Source of the DNA: a virus
DNA: 64,000 nucleotides
Virus record (IMG/VR): IMGVR_UViG_3300020195_000027
Location: 2,818 to 66,817 of that record
Reading direction: 5' to 3' (one strand)
Part shown: positions 1 to 8,700 of the stretch, one piece after another
Layout: the number at the start of each line of letters is the position of its first letter
Numbering within the stretch: position 1 is the stretch's first letter
Program-made: the position numbers and the translations under genes
Notes under the pieces: model-generated
Databases searched by the model: none
Told to the model about the DNA's origin: nothing
What the model saw: only the letters and a program-made list of their open reading frames with translations

Positions 1-1
1 G

Positions 2-3000
2 CAAGGCGCACGACTCGGCGGCGCAATTGAAACCGATAAGAAGCTTTCTAAAGACCAGATCACCAGACTGCAACGATCATTTGAGCAGGACTTCACAGGC
101 CGCCAAAACCATCACAGGACGCTCATTCTTCCAGAGGGCATGAAGTATCGGACCATCGAACAAAACCCCGGTGAAACGTCTCTAATTGAGTTTAACAAGC
201 AAAATAGAGAGCCAGTGTTATCAGCTTATGGACTTCCCCCGATCAAGGCCGGAATATTAGACGGGGCATCATTCGCCAATGCGCTAACTCAAGAGAAATC
301 CTATTACCAAGATACTATTAAACCACTCTTAGAAATATTACAGCAATCCCTGAATCTATCAGAGAACCTAATCGCAGCAGACAGAAAAATCAGAATCAGA
401 TTCGACATGTCTGGGGTCGAAGCACTACAAGAAAACGAAACAGAAAAATCCTCAACAGCAGCGTCAAAACTTTCTTCTGGAATGACAATCAATGAAGTTC
501 GAAGAGAGGTGTGGGGCCTACCCCCGGTTGATGGTGGCGACCGACTTCATCCGTCCCTATCGGCTCCAGAACCTCCTCCCATGCTTCCAATGCCACCACC
601 TCCTGACACGTCGGGTAAAGGGATAGGCGTAAGCAGTTCCAAAGAAATAATGGACATAGTTAAGGCATTTATCAAGGGTGACATTACGCTAGATGCGGCG
701 GTGATGATTCTTGGACAAGCTTGCGGCATTGACCAAGCGGCTGCATATTCTATGTTGGGCCACAAAGAAAAAATTAACATTCCACAGAACACTACTCCAT
801 CGGACGTTGTGCCAACTACGGACACATTCGAGGCTAGGGTTGCACAGTTGATTTCAATCATGGTTCAAGATGGGGTTGAGGTTGCGGTAGCTACTAGGGC
901 AGCAATTGAGCGCGCTATACTTGAGGGATTTGTCCCATCGGCTCCTATTGAAACCGTTGGAGACGACGGGGATAAAGACGGGGAATGGAATCCAGTTGCC
1001 GTTGGCGATAACGTGGTTAAGCCTCCAAGGCTTCCATCTTATGATGATGAGGATGATTCAGATTTAAAACAATCCGAGATCCCAGAACGATATGCGCCAA
1101 TTAACTTTGAGCCAAGCGACGAAATATCCAAGGAAGCAAGCCAAGGGCTAACTTGGGCTGGTGAGTATTCATTGGGAACAGAATCCCAAAAAGCCAGGGC
1201 CACGAAACTAAAAGATAAAGCAATGATGACTCCACAATCCATTAAGACAATGGCTTCTTTCTTTTCTCGCAATGATGAGAACAGAGGATATGAGGAGGAT
1301 GACAAGCCAAAACCAGGCGAAATTTTATGGAAACTGTATGGCGGGGATTCGGGTCAAGCGTGGGCTAATGAAACCTACGAGTCCATGCTGGTAATAGATG
1401 ACGAGGAAATCAAAAGTCTTAAGACCGAGATCCCGTACACAAAAGAGTTTCTTGATACATATAGAAAAGGTCTAACCGAGGAAAATATTAAGGACATACT
1501 TGAACTACGAGAGGAAGAGGTTGTTTCTTTCTTTGAGAGAGTGTCCAAGCTATTCCTAGACCAAGCAAGAAAACACTTTAGACTTAAAGGTGGCAAATAC
1601 ATAATCAAAGCCGAAGAGAGTCCTTTTGATGCGGAAAAAATCAATAAGTTTATTGAAGAGGAAGCCAAGAGAAATCCAATCGCATTAAGACGGGCGCATG
1701 ATCTTGGATATGATAACACATTAGAAAAATATCCAATAGATATTGACGAAAAGAAAACAACGGCAGCTTTGAAGAATTTAGCCAGATTAAGCATCCTCTC
1801 TGTTGTGGCGACTACAGAAGACGACGTTACCCGAATGATATTTTTAGGAACATCAGAAGGCGACTCCGCAGGAAAGATGAGAGAAAGACTTACCGAATAT
1901 TTTCAGGGAAGCAAAACCCTTTCAAGAATCCAAACAATAGTAAGAACAGAATCATTAATGTCGGTGTCGTTAGGGCAGGACTTAAAAACACAATCACTTA
2001 AAAAAGAATACCCAGAATTGGCGACCAAACTTAGAAAGGTTTGGATTACCGCTCAGGATGAAAGAGTCAGAGGAAATCCTGGTGGAATATATCCCGACTC
2101 AGAATTTAACCATTTCGTTTTAGACGGCGTTGTCATTGACGAAACAAAGAGATTCCCAAGTGGCTTAAGGTATCCAAGAGATCCTGGTGGAAAAGCTGGT
2201 AATATTATTAACTGCTTTCTTCCTGGCACTGAGGTCTCAGGAATATTTATAGCAGGGGTCAAATCTGATTACACTGGACCTGCCATCGAGATAAAGACCG
2301 AGTCTGGAAGGAAACTTAGGGTCACGACCAATCACAAAATACTTACCAAAAGAGGTTGGCTTGCCGCCAAAGATATTAATGGATTTGATGAGGTTATTTC
2401 TTACAAAACCCCAATCGACTCCGCTCTTGTGGTAGGAGAGATCAACAAAGATAATAAACCATCCCTGGTCGAGAATGTATTTAAGTCTCTTCTTATAGAT
2501 GGGGAATCTTTGCGTAGGGATTTGAGAGCCAATGATCTCAATGGCGATTCTGAGTTTATCAATGGAAGCGTCAATGTTGTAATTTCCAATAGCCTTTTGT
2601 TCAGTGACGGTAAATCCGTTGTTCGTCAAAAAATTAATGATACTATCCTCAAACAAAAACTTATGAGTCTTTCTAATTTGTCTGGTTTTAGCTCTAGCAA
2701 TTTTAGTGGAGACAAGATCGACCTGCCCGCGCCTAGCGTTCCAGGCAGAAGAGCATTGTTGAATGACTCTCTTTCTATCGTGTTTGATTCTGGACCACTT
2801 CAAGGACTCGGATTCAGAAGAACCTCGCTGTTGGAATCCAAGTTTATTGAAGTGTCGGACGATAGAAATCCTGCTGATCCCGTATTTATTCGAGAGTTCG
2901 TTAACAGAGAATCCGATTTTATGTTCTTCGATAAGGTCATTGAAATTAATCTTTTTGACTATTGCGGCCATGTGTACGATCTCCAATCTCTAAGTGGTTG

Positions 3001-4129
3001 TTTAATGTCTGATGGCGTATTAACGCATAATTGTCGATGCACACATCTTGTTTTCGTATCAGAGGATGAGGATGACGTATTGGATAGTCTAGGAAGATCA
3101 CCAGCTAAAGGTGGTCCAGGAAGCGGTTGCAGGGGTCCAAGCTGCGGAAGACCTCGCGGATCGGGAAGCGGGGATAAAATAGAAGAGGTATTGGAAGCCG
3201 TTGGCGCACCAAATCCCAAGGGTGGATCATCACAAGCGGCGTGGCAGTTATGCGATCCGGCTTGTCGCTACACAGAAAAAAGAGCAGCACTACACAATCA
3301 AACTGTAGCCAGAACATTAAGAGATGGAAAAAAGGGAAATCCACCAATAGCTATATTAACGGCTGGTGGCGGTGGGGCTGGTAAATCCACAACCATGCAA
3401 TTAGTTCTTACACAATTTCCTCAAAAATTTGTACATTTGGATTCAGACAAATTCAAAAAAGAATTGCCAGAATATCGTGCGTTGACAAAGGCGAAGAATC
3501 CCAAGGCTGCTTCATTTGTTCACGAAGAGTCCAGCGACCTAGTTGCTAAGGCGTTTAAAGAATCAATTACAAAAAACAAAAACCTAATTTATGATTCTAC
3601 CTTCTCTAATCCAGATAAGGCGACTAACATAATAACCAGACTAAAAAGCGAAGGATATAAAGTTCACCTTGTTTATACTGATGTGCCAGCTGCCACGGCA
3701 ATTGAACGGGCGGCTGGTAGAGCAAATAGAAGCGGTCGGTCTGTTCCTTTGGACGTGCTTAAAAAAGCTCACGCTGGAGCTATCCTCACGCTTAATAAGG
3801 TTAACTCTTTACCAGATACCGTTACGGTTTTTTCCAACATTGGAAAGACACCTAAAATTGCGTATCAAAGACTTGGTCCATCCGAGACAGTTATCAATAA
3901 TCTACTTCTAAACGAAATGAAAGTTAGGGGCCACTCAATCAAAGCTCTTGGAAACAATGAGGATGTATTCGAGATCGATCCTTTATTCATGGAGTTTATG
4001 AATACTTGGTATGAAACCGAAGTCCAAGAGGATGACGACATACTTGATGTTTATGACGAGGGTGTGGACATTGACCAGTATCCAGAGGCAAAAGAAAACG
4101 CCGAATCTGGTGAAAAAGGAGAAATTTAA
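2..4129 (+). CDS. Portal-MuF (minor head) fusion polyprotein with intein and C-terminal zeta-toxin-like P-loop kinase; 5' end lies outside the window
   Basis: The frame is open from base 2 (QGARLGGAIETDKKLSKDQITRLQRSF...TLILPEGMKY). It shows an HK97-type portal C-terminal half (AYGLPP..AG, GMTINEVRREVWGLPPVDGGD), MuF motifs (RIQTIVRTE, KVWITAQDERVR, LRYPRDP, IN/CRC) and zeta-like motifs (ILTAGGGGAGKST, LDSDKFK, HEESS, IYDST). Confidence 0.85.
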   Translation, partial: QGARLGGAIETDKKLSKDQITRLQRSFEQDFTGRQNHHRTLILPEGMKYRTIEQNPGETSLIEFNKQNREPVLSAYGLPPIKAGILDGASFANALTQEKSYYQDTIKPLLEILQQSLNLSENLIAADRKIRIRFDMSGVEALQENETEKSSTAASKLSSGMTINEVRREVWGLPPVDGGDRLHPSLSAPEPPPMLPMPPPPDTSGKGIGVSSSKEIMDIVKAFIKGDITLDAAVMILGQACGIDQAAAYSMLGHKEKINIPQNTTPSDVVPTTDTFEARVAQLISIMVQDGVEVAVATRAAIERAILEGFVPSAPIETVGDDGDKDGEWNPVAVGDNVVKPPRLPSYDDEDDSDLKQSEIPERYAPINFEPSDEISKEASQGLTWAGEYSLGTESQKARATKLKDKAMMTPQSIKTMASFFSRNDENRGYEEDDKPKPGEILWKLYGGDSGQAWANETYESMLVIDDEEIKSLKTEIPYTKEFLDTYRKGLTEENIKDILELREEEVVSFFERVSKLFLDQARKHFRLKGGKYIIKAEESPFDAEKINKFIEEEAKRNPIALRRAHDLGYDNTLEKYPIDIDEKKTTAALKNLARLSILSVVATTEDDVTRMIFLGTSEGDSAGKMRERLTEYFQGSKTLSRIQTIVRTESLMSVSLGQDLKTQSLKKEYPELATKLRKVWITAQDERVRGNPGGIYPDSEFNHFVLDGVVIDETKRFPSGLRYPRDPGGKAGNIINCFLPGTEVSGIFIAGVKSDYTGPAIEIKTESGRKLRVTTNHKILTKRGWLAAKDINGFDEVISYKTPIDSALVVGEINKDNKPSLVENVFKSLLIDGESLRRDLRANDLNGDSEFINGSVNVVISNSLLFSDGKSVVRQKINDTILKQKLMSLSNLSGFSSSNFSGDKIDLPAPSVPGRRALLNDSLSIVFDSGPLQGLGFRRTSLLESKFIEVSDDRNPADPVFIREFVNRESDFMFFDKVIEINLFDYCGHVYDLQSLSGCLMSDGVLTHNCRCTHLVFVSEDEDDVLDSLGRSPAKGGPGSGCRGPSCGRPRGSGSGDKIEEVLEAVGAPNPKGGSSQAAWQLCDPACRYTEKRAALHNQTVARTLRDGKKGNPPIAILTAGGGGAGKSTTMQLVLTQFPQKFVHLDSDKFKKELPEYRALTKAKNPKAASFVHEESSDLVAKAFKESITKNKNLIYDSTFSNPDKATNIITRLKSEGYKVHLVYTDVPAATAIERAAGRANRSGRSVPLDVLKKAHAGAILTLNKVNSLPDTVTVFSNIGKTPKIAYQRLGPSETVINNLLLNEMKVRGHSIKALGNNEDVFEIDPLFMEFMNTWYETEVQEDDDILDVYDEGVDIDQYPEAKENAESGEKGEI
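2213..3031 (+). mobile_element. Intein (273 aa) inserted in the NCRC motif of the MuF domain
   Basis: It starts CFLPGTEV, has block B LRVTTNHKIL and block F GHVYDLQS, and ends THN followed by +1 Cys. Removing it restores GNIINCRC. Confidence 0.92.
2237..2971 (-). CDS. HTH plus DUF559/Vsr-like PD-(D/E)XK endonuclease encoded antisense inside the intein
   Basis: 244-aa ORF with GGAG 9 nt upstream of the ATG. N-terminal HTH-like segment (FSVNELSNKYGISRISIVRHFNKLG), then FEDSIINFL..NG....EQKAIGNYNIDASIDKLRIAIEIIG...RLKYILDQGWFIIFV, the DUF559/Vsr pattern. Confidence 0.8.
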   Translation of the reverse strand: MAAIVKKINFNDLIEEHKIGFSVNELSNKYGISRISIVRHFNKLGFQQRGSSESESLKWSRIKHDRKRVIQQCSSAWNARRGQVDLVSTKIARAKTRQIRKTHKFLFEDSIINFLTNNGFTVTEQKAIGNYNIDASIDKLRIAIEIIGSQIPTQRFPIYKKRLKYILDQGWFIIFVDLSYHKSGVDWGFVRNNLIKSINIFGGKPTSFGKYFVIGRDPKFPSRLGLYLDGRSSVIRFDPCYKYS

Positions 4130-4180
4130 CATGGATCACAAAATTAAAGATGCAAGTAAAACCGTACAAAGGGGAGCGAC

Positions 4181-5158
4181 ATGAAAGATAAATCCGTAGA
4201 CGTAAGCAAAATGAAGACATTGGATTTCGATGCTACGTGGAAAATTTCAGATACTAAAGCCGCCGATGGATCTTGTATCATAGAGGGCTACGCCAACACT
4301 GTTGATAAAGACAGGGTTGGAGATGTGGTTTTACCTGAAGCGTTTAAGAATACTCTCGAAACATATAATAAGAATCCCGTACTACTATTTCAGCACAATT
4401 GGGAGAAGGTAATCGGGCGAGTAAGTGAATGTGTAATAGATGAAAAAGGATTAAAAATTAAAGGAATTATTTCCAAGGCAAAAGATGTCGAGGACGTAAG
4501 AACAAAGATCAACGAGGGAATCCTAAAGACTCTCTCTATTGGTTACAACGAAGTAGTAAGTGAGTACGACGAAGCGAAGTGCGCCAAGGTAATCAAGCAA
4601 TTGGAACTTCTTGAAATCAGCGTTGTCACGATCCCTGCGAATGTTGAAGCATCTTTCACCGTAGTTGGTGGAGGTCAACAGGAACCAGACGAATCAGGTG
4701 ACAAAAGTCTATCTCTTGAAGGGAAGTTTGAGGAATTGGCAAATGAGTTTAGAGGTATGTCAGACTGCGTAAAACAAATTATGAAGGAGTCAAAAATGTC
4801 ATTGAAAGATAAAAGCGAAACTCCTCCTGTATTAAACGAAGAACATCCGAAGCCAGAGGGCGACGTTCCTGCGGTTGATAAACCAGCAATGGACGACGAG
4901 ATGAAAGGCCACATGAAAATTATGGCTGAGAAAACAGGGGAAATGCTTGAAGTTATGAAGGAAATGCTTGAGGTTCAGAAATCTGCTAAAAAAGCGGACG
5001 AAAAGCCTAAAGAAGAGGAAGAATTGGAAAAACCTGAAGAGGAAAAACCTGAAGAGGAAAAACCTGAAGAGGAAAAATCCATTGAAGCCTTAACTGATGA
5101 GCAAGCAGAAATTGAACTAGAAAAAACAATAAACGAATTAGAAAATTTAGAAAATTAA
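4181..5158 (+). CDS. HK97-family prohead protease with acidic scaffold-like C-terminus
   Basis: IEGYANT, DRVGDVV, LLFQHNW, LSIGY and LLEISVVTIPAN motifs; lies between portal and capsid. Confidence 0.93.
   Translation: MKDKSVDVSKMKTLDFDATWKISDTKAADGSCIIEGYANTVDKDRVGDVVLPEAFKNTLETYNKNPVLLFQHNWEKVIGRVSECVIDEKGLKIKGIISKAKDVEDVRTKINEGILKTLSIGYNEVVSEYDEAKCAKVIKQLELLEISVVTIPANVEASFTVVGGGQQEPDESGDKSLSLEGKFEELANEFRGMSDCVKQIMKESKMSLKDKSETPPVLNEEHPKPEGDVPAVDKPAMDDEMKGHMKIMAEKTGEMLEVMKEMLEVQKSAKKADEKPKEEEELEKPEEEKPEEEKPEEEKSIEALTDEQAEIELEKTINELENLEN
5027..5077 (+). repeat. 15-bp tandem repeat (GAAAAACCTGAAGAG x3) encoding EKPEE repeats
   Basis: Seen directly in the protease tail. Confidence 0.85.
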
Positions 5159-5169
5159 TTGGAGGAAAA

Positions 5170-6537
5170 ATGTCATTAATTAAGAACAAATTATTAGAAG
5201 CAAAAGCATTATTAAAACAAGAAAAAGAAAAGCGTTTAGCGGCTGGTGTTAATGGAAAGCCCATCACAGTTGATAAGGGTGCTTATGCTCCTGAAGCTAA
5301 AAAACATTTGGCTCGATGGGGTGTTAAATCTTTTGATGAATTAGCAGTAGTAAATACCGCTGATTCTAAATATTCTTACATGTCCAAAGAAGATAAAGAG
5401 AAAGTAAAATCTTTCAAAGAACATATCGACGTCGCGGTTATGTGTTCCAAGATCTTCAAAGTGCCAGTAAAAGAAACCAAAGCATATCAAGACCTCCTGT
5501 CTTTTGACATGAAGGCTTTCGGTATCGCCGGCGGAGATGACGGCTTTGAGTGGATTCCTACAATGGTAGCTGAGTCATATATTGATGAGTTCAATCTTGA
5601 TAGAAAAGTATCTGGAATGTTCGCAGAAATCAAGATGCCTTCTAACCCGTATAAATTTCCAGTGTTGTCAAATGGATCAATCGCTCGACGAGTTGGTGCA
5701 ATTACGGCATTGTCCCCCGCTCAAGCATTCAAAACAGATAAAACTATCTTGTTTGATGCTGTGAAGTTAACAAATCAATACGAGTTACCCGAAGAACTAA
5801 ACGAAGATAGCGCAGTTGATATGATCAAAGCTATCCGACAAGAGTTAATCGAAGGTCAAGAAAAAGCATTAGAGATCGCTATTCTTGAAGGTGATGCAGA
5901 TGGTACTCATCAACATCATTTCTCTCAGTTACCAGACGTTGTTGCTGGAACAACCATTGCATCAATTCTGGCCGAAACTCCTGAAGCGGTGTTTGATGGT
6001 TTGAGAAAAAGAGCGTTGGGTGCTGGTGCTGCGGGAACTGTTGATGCTGGTGGAAACTCAATTACTGAAGCAGAACTTTCTCAAGCGCGTGGCAAATTAG
6101 GAAAATTCGGAGTTGATCCAAAAGGATTAGCCTGGATTCCTTCTCCAAAAACTTACAACCAAATGTTACAATTAGATGACGTTCGTACTCTTGAGCAATA
6201 CGGCCAACAGGCTACAGTGTTGTCAGGTGAGTTAGCAAAATACGAAGGCGCACCAGTCGTTCCTTCTGAGTGGTTACGTGAAGATTGCGCTGCCACAGGT
6301 GTAAATACTGTTGGTGGACCAAACGACACTGGATCAATCATCCTAGTAAACAGAAAACGATTCTTCGTTGGAATGAGACGCGGAATCCAAGTGCTAGTTG
6401 AGAAAAATCGTACTCAGTATGATGTACTAGACATGGTGTCCTTCTGTAGAAAGGCTTTCCAAGGCGTATTGAAGCCAGATGCTTCAAACTATGCTTCTGA
6501 AAGTTCAGTTGCTCTAGTTTTTAACATCGGGCTATAG
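5170..6537 (+). CDS. Major capsid protein, HK97 fold, with N-terminal delta-like domain
   Basis: GFEWIPT, ELNEDSAVDM, ILEGD and GAPVV motifs; follows the protease; strong GGAGG RBS. Confidence 0.92.
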   Translation: MSLIKNKLLEAKALLKQEKEKRLAAGVNGKPITVDKGAYAPEAKKHLARWGVKSFDELAVVNTADSKYSYMSKEDKEKVKSFKEHIDVAVMCSKIFKVPVKETKAYQDLLSFDMKAFGIAGGDDGFEWIPTMVAESYIDEFNLDRKVSGMFAEIKMPSNPYKFPVLSNGSIARRVGAITALSPAQAFKTDKTILFDAVKLTNQYELPEELNEDSAVDMIKAIRQELIEGQEKALEIAILEGDADGTHQHHFSQLPDVVAGTTIASILAETPEAVFDGLRKRALGAGAAGTVDAGGNSITEAELSQARGKLGKFGVDPKGLAWIPSPKTYNQMLQLDDVRTLEQYGQQATVLSGELAKYEGAPVVPSEWLREDCAATGVNTVGGPNDTGSIILVNRKRFFVGMRRGIQVLVEKNRTQYDVLDMVSFCRKAFQGVLKPDASNYASESSVALVFNIGL

Positions 6538-6554
6538 AGTTCGGTTAATATTTT

Positions 6555-6580
6555 AGGGGTGGGCCTTTGGGCCTACCCCT
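6555..6580 (+). terminator. GC-rich hairpin after the capsid gene, probably a leaky terminator
   Basis: AGGGGTGGGCC-TTTG-GGCCTACCCCT forms an 11-bp stem with a weak U tract. Confidence 0.65.
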
Positions 6581-6599
6581 CGTTATGTTAGGAGGATAA

Positions 6600-6827
6600 A
6601 TGAAGTTTAAAATTAAATCGGAACCAGAAAAAGTTATGGAGTTCTTAAAAACAAACAGGCCACTAAAGGTCGGTGATGTACTAACAAGCCCAGACGATTT
6701 CTCAGTAAAGAAGTTTTCTCAGGCACATCCTGACTTGGTAGAGTTAATCGAGGATGACAATAGTGTTATTCCAAAGCATAACAAAATGTTTCAGAAGTCC
6801 GATGTTAATAAATACGGCAGTAAATGA
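6600..6827 (+). CDS. Small hypothetical protein in the head region
   Basis: AGGAGG RBS; typical position after a capsid gene. Confidence 0.7.
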   Translation: MKFKIKSEPEKVMEFLKTNRPLKVGDVLTSPDDFSVKKFSQAHPDLVELIEDDNSVIPKHNKMFQKSDVNKYGSK

Positions 6828-6833
6828 TAAACC

Positions 6834-7688
6834 GTGGCAGAAATTGATAAATATTTAAACTTATGGGAGACTCATACCCTCATCCAAGGCAAGGCTTTCG
6901 CGGGAAGTTCCACGAAACTTTACAATGTGGTGACGGGGTCAAGGATAGTCTTTACCCTTTACGTTTTTAGCATATCTCTTGGCGCAAGCATTGAGATAAA
7001 GGTAAAGAATCAATTTGCCAAGGACATTCCAACAGACGAATTATTATCAATCGTAGCCAATGCTCCAGGATCTACAAAAAGAGTCCTGGCAGACTTTCAT
7101 AACTACTTTGAAATAGAGGCCACCGTTACCGGAGGAACGGCCACGTTTGCATTTGGCGGAAGAATCATAGACAATGCCCTGGCAACTAAAATAGAAAACG
7201 CAGTAATAGAAGTTGATTTATCTCACACTCCAGGAATAGACGGGCGTTATGATTCGGTTAGGATAGGCGACGGGATTGATTTATTGGGGGTTAACCCCGA
7301 TGGTTCACTCAATGTAAACATAGTTAGCTCAACATCTACACCATCAGAGGTTATCAGGTCAGAATTTGACACAGCCGTTGGGGTTATTGCAAATACTGAA
7401 ACAGAGATTGTTTCATACACAGTACCTGTCGGTAAGTCCGCGCTACTACAAAGAATTACCTACGGCGGCGAGAATGTTGCTGAATACGACATTTACATTA
7501 ATAATATTATTAGGGAGCGTCGAAGAACCTATCATGGAGAAAATCTTTGTGGTGTTGCAGACTTCATTGGCGGTTCAGAGGAGGGCCTTCCACTTGATGA
7601 TGGTGACATCGTTTCGTTGAAATTAACCCACATCAGAACATACGCCTCGGATCACGAAGGAAGAATACAGGTTTTAGAAATTGGATAA
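6834..7688 (+). CDS. Beta-rich putative virion accessory protein
   Basis: Long operonic ORF; its C-terminal domain resembles that of 7885..8691. Confidence 0.6.
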   Translation: MAEIDKYLNLWETHTLIQGKAFAGSSTKLYNVVTGSRIVFTLYVFSISLGASIEIKVKNQFAKDIPTDELLSIVANAPGSTKRVLADFHNYFEIEATVTGGTATFAFGGRIIDNALATKIENAVIEVDLSHTPGIDGRYDSVRIGDGIDLLGVNPDGSLNVNIVSSTSTPSEVIRSEFDTAVGVIANTETEIVSYTVPVGKSALLQRITYGGENVAEYDIYINNIIRERRRTYHGENLCGVADFIGGSEEGLPLDDGDIVSLKLTHIRTYASDHEGRIQVLEIG

Positions 7689-7700
7689 CACGGGGGAAAC

Positions 7701-7883
7701 ATGAGCTTAGAAATAAAGAAACTAGAATACCAACTTGCACAAGTAGCAGCGGCAAGAATGGGAATGGAAATTAAAATTGAAGAGCTGCTTCAACACATAG
7801 AAAAAATTAAGGGCGACATAAATAAGCAACTTGAGCGCGAAGATGAATTAAAAAAAGAACTAATAGAAACGAAGGGAGTTTAA
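7701..7883 (+). CDS. Small coiled-coil protein
   Basis: Heptad pattern, GGGG RBS, operonic spacing. Confidence 0.6.
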   Translation: MSLEIKKLEYQLAQVAAARMGMEIKIEELLQHIEKIKGDINKQLEREDELKKELIETKGV

Positions 7884-7884
7884 G

Positions 7885-8691
7885 ATGGCTGGTACAGATT
7901 ATGAAAGTGGTTTACCGATCAGATCGGAAGCAGACGGGCTTGACGAACGAGTCCAAACGAAAATAGTCGGAACTACAACGGGCGGGTTGGGAGATACTGC
8001 CAGCAATCAGATGATTGTTGACAACGACAAAAACGCACATGTAGAGGTTCACGGAAACGATCCAGCGGGATTAGATGTTCCTGAAGCTCTTACCGAAGAG
8101 GGTAGAAGTACCGCTCGCGGAGATTACGATGCCGTTACAAATACAAAACCAAGCTCAAACGGACTGGTCATTCATGAACGAGTTGTAAGTCCAGATGAAA
8201 CCAATCAGGTTTTTAGACCAACAGGGGTTAACTCTTCTGTCAACAGTGACGTATGGGTGCAAGACGTTGGTATTCGAGACGAGCAAGGAAATCCTTTTAC
8301 AGACGAGAATCCTCTTGCTGTGACTTTTGTTGATTCAGAAGGAACGGAAATAAATGATCCAGATTTAGTGGTAACAACCGTGGCTGCCGGTGGGTCTCAA
8401 GCCCACATTTACACTGTGACCGCATTAATGAAATTTGTTTTCACAGCAATTAGAGCGTCGGCTTCAGGTAAAATGAAAGTAGAAGTAGAAATTGAAACAG
8501 GGGTGCTGACTGGGGTTTACACAAGAAAGTTTACTTTCTTTAACTCAACAGCGTTTACAAGTGTTTCAGATGATCTTCGTGAGCCAATTAAAGTAGCGGC
8601 TGGTGTTCGGGTGAGATTGACTAAATACAATTTAGATAATCAACCTCAAACTCTTTACTCTACAATTTCTGGACATGAGATATTAGCGTAA
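7885..8691 (+). CDS. Putative virion accessory/decoration protein
   Basis: Operonic, T/V/G-rich; shares the MAGTD N-terminus with the next gene. Confidence 0.6.
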   Translation: MAGTDYESGLPIRSEADGLDERVQTKIVGTTTGGLGDTASNQMIVDNDKNAHVEVHGNDPAGLDVPEALTEEGRSTARGDYDAVTNTKPSSNGLVIHERVVSPDETNQVFRPTGVNSSVNSDVWVQDVGIRDEQGNPFTDENPLAVTFVDSEGTEINDPDLVVTTVAAGGSQAHIYTVTALMKFVFTAIRASASGKMKVEVEIETGVLTGVYTRKFTFFNSTAFTSVSDDLREPIKVAAGVRVRLTKYNLDNQPQTLYSTISGHEILA

Positions 8692-8700
8692 GGATAAAAA

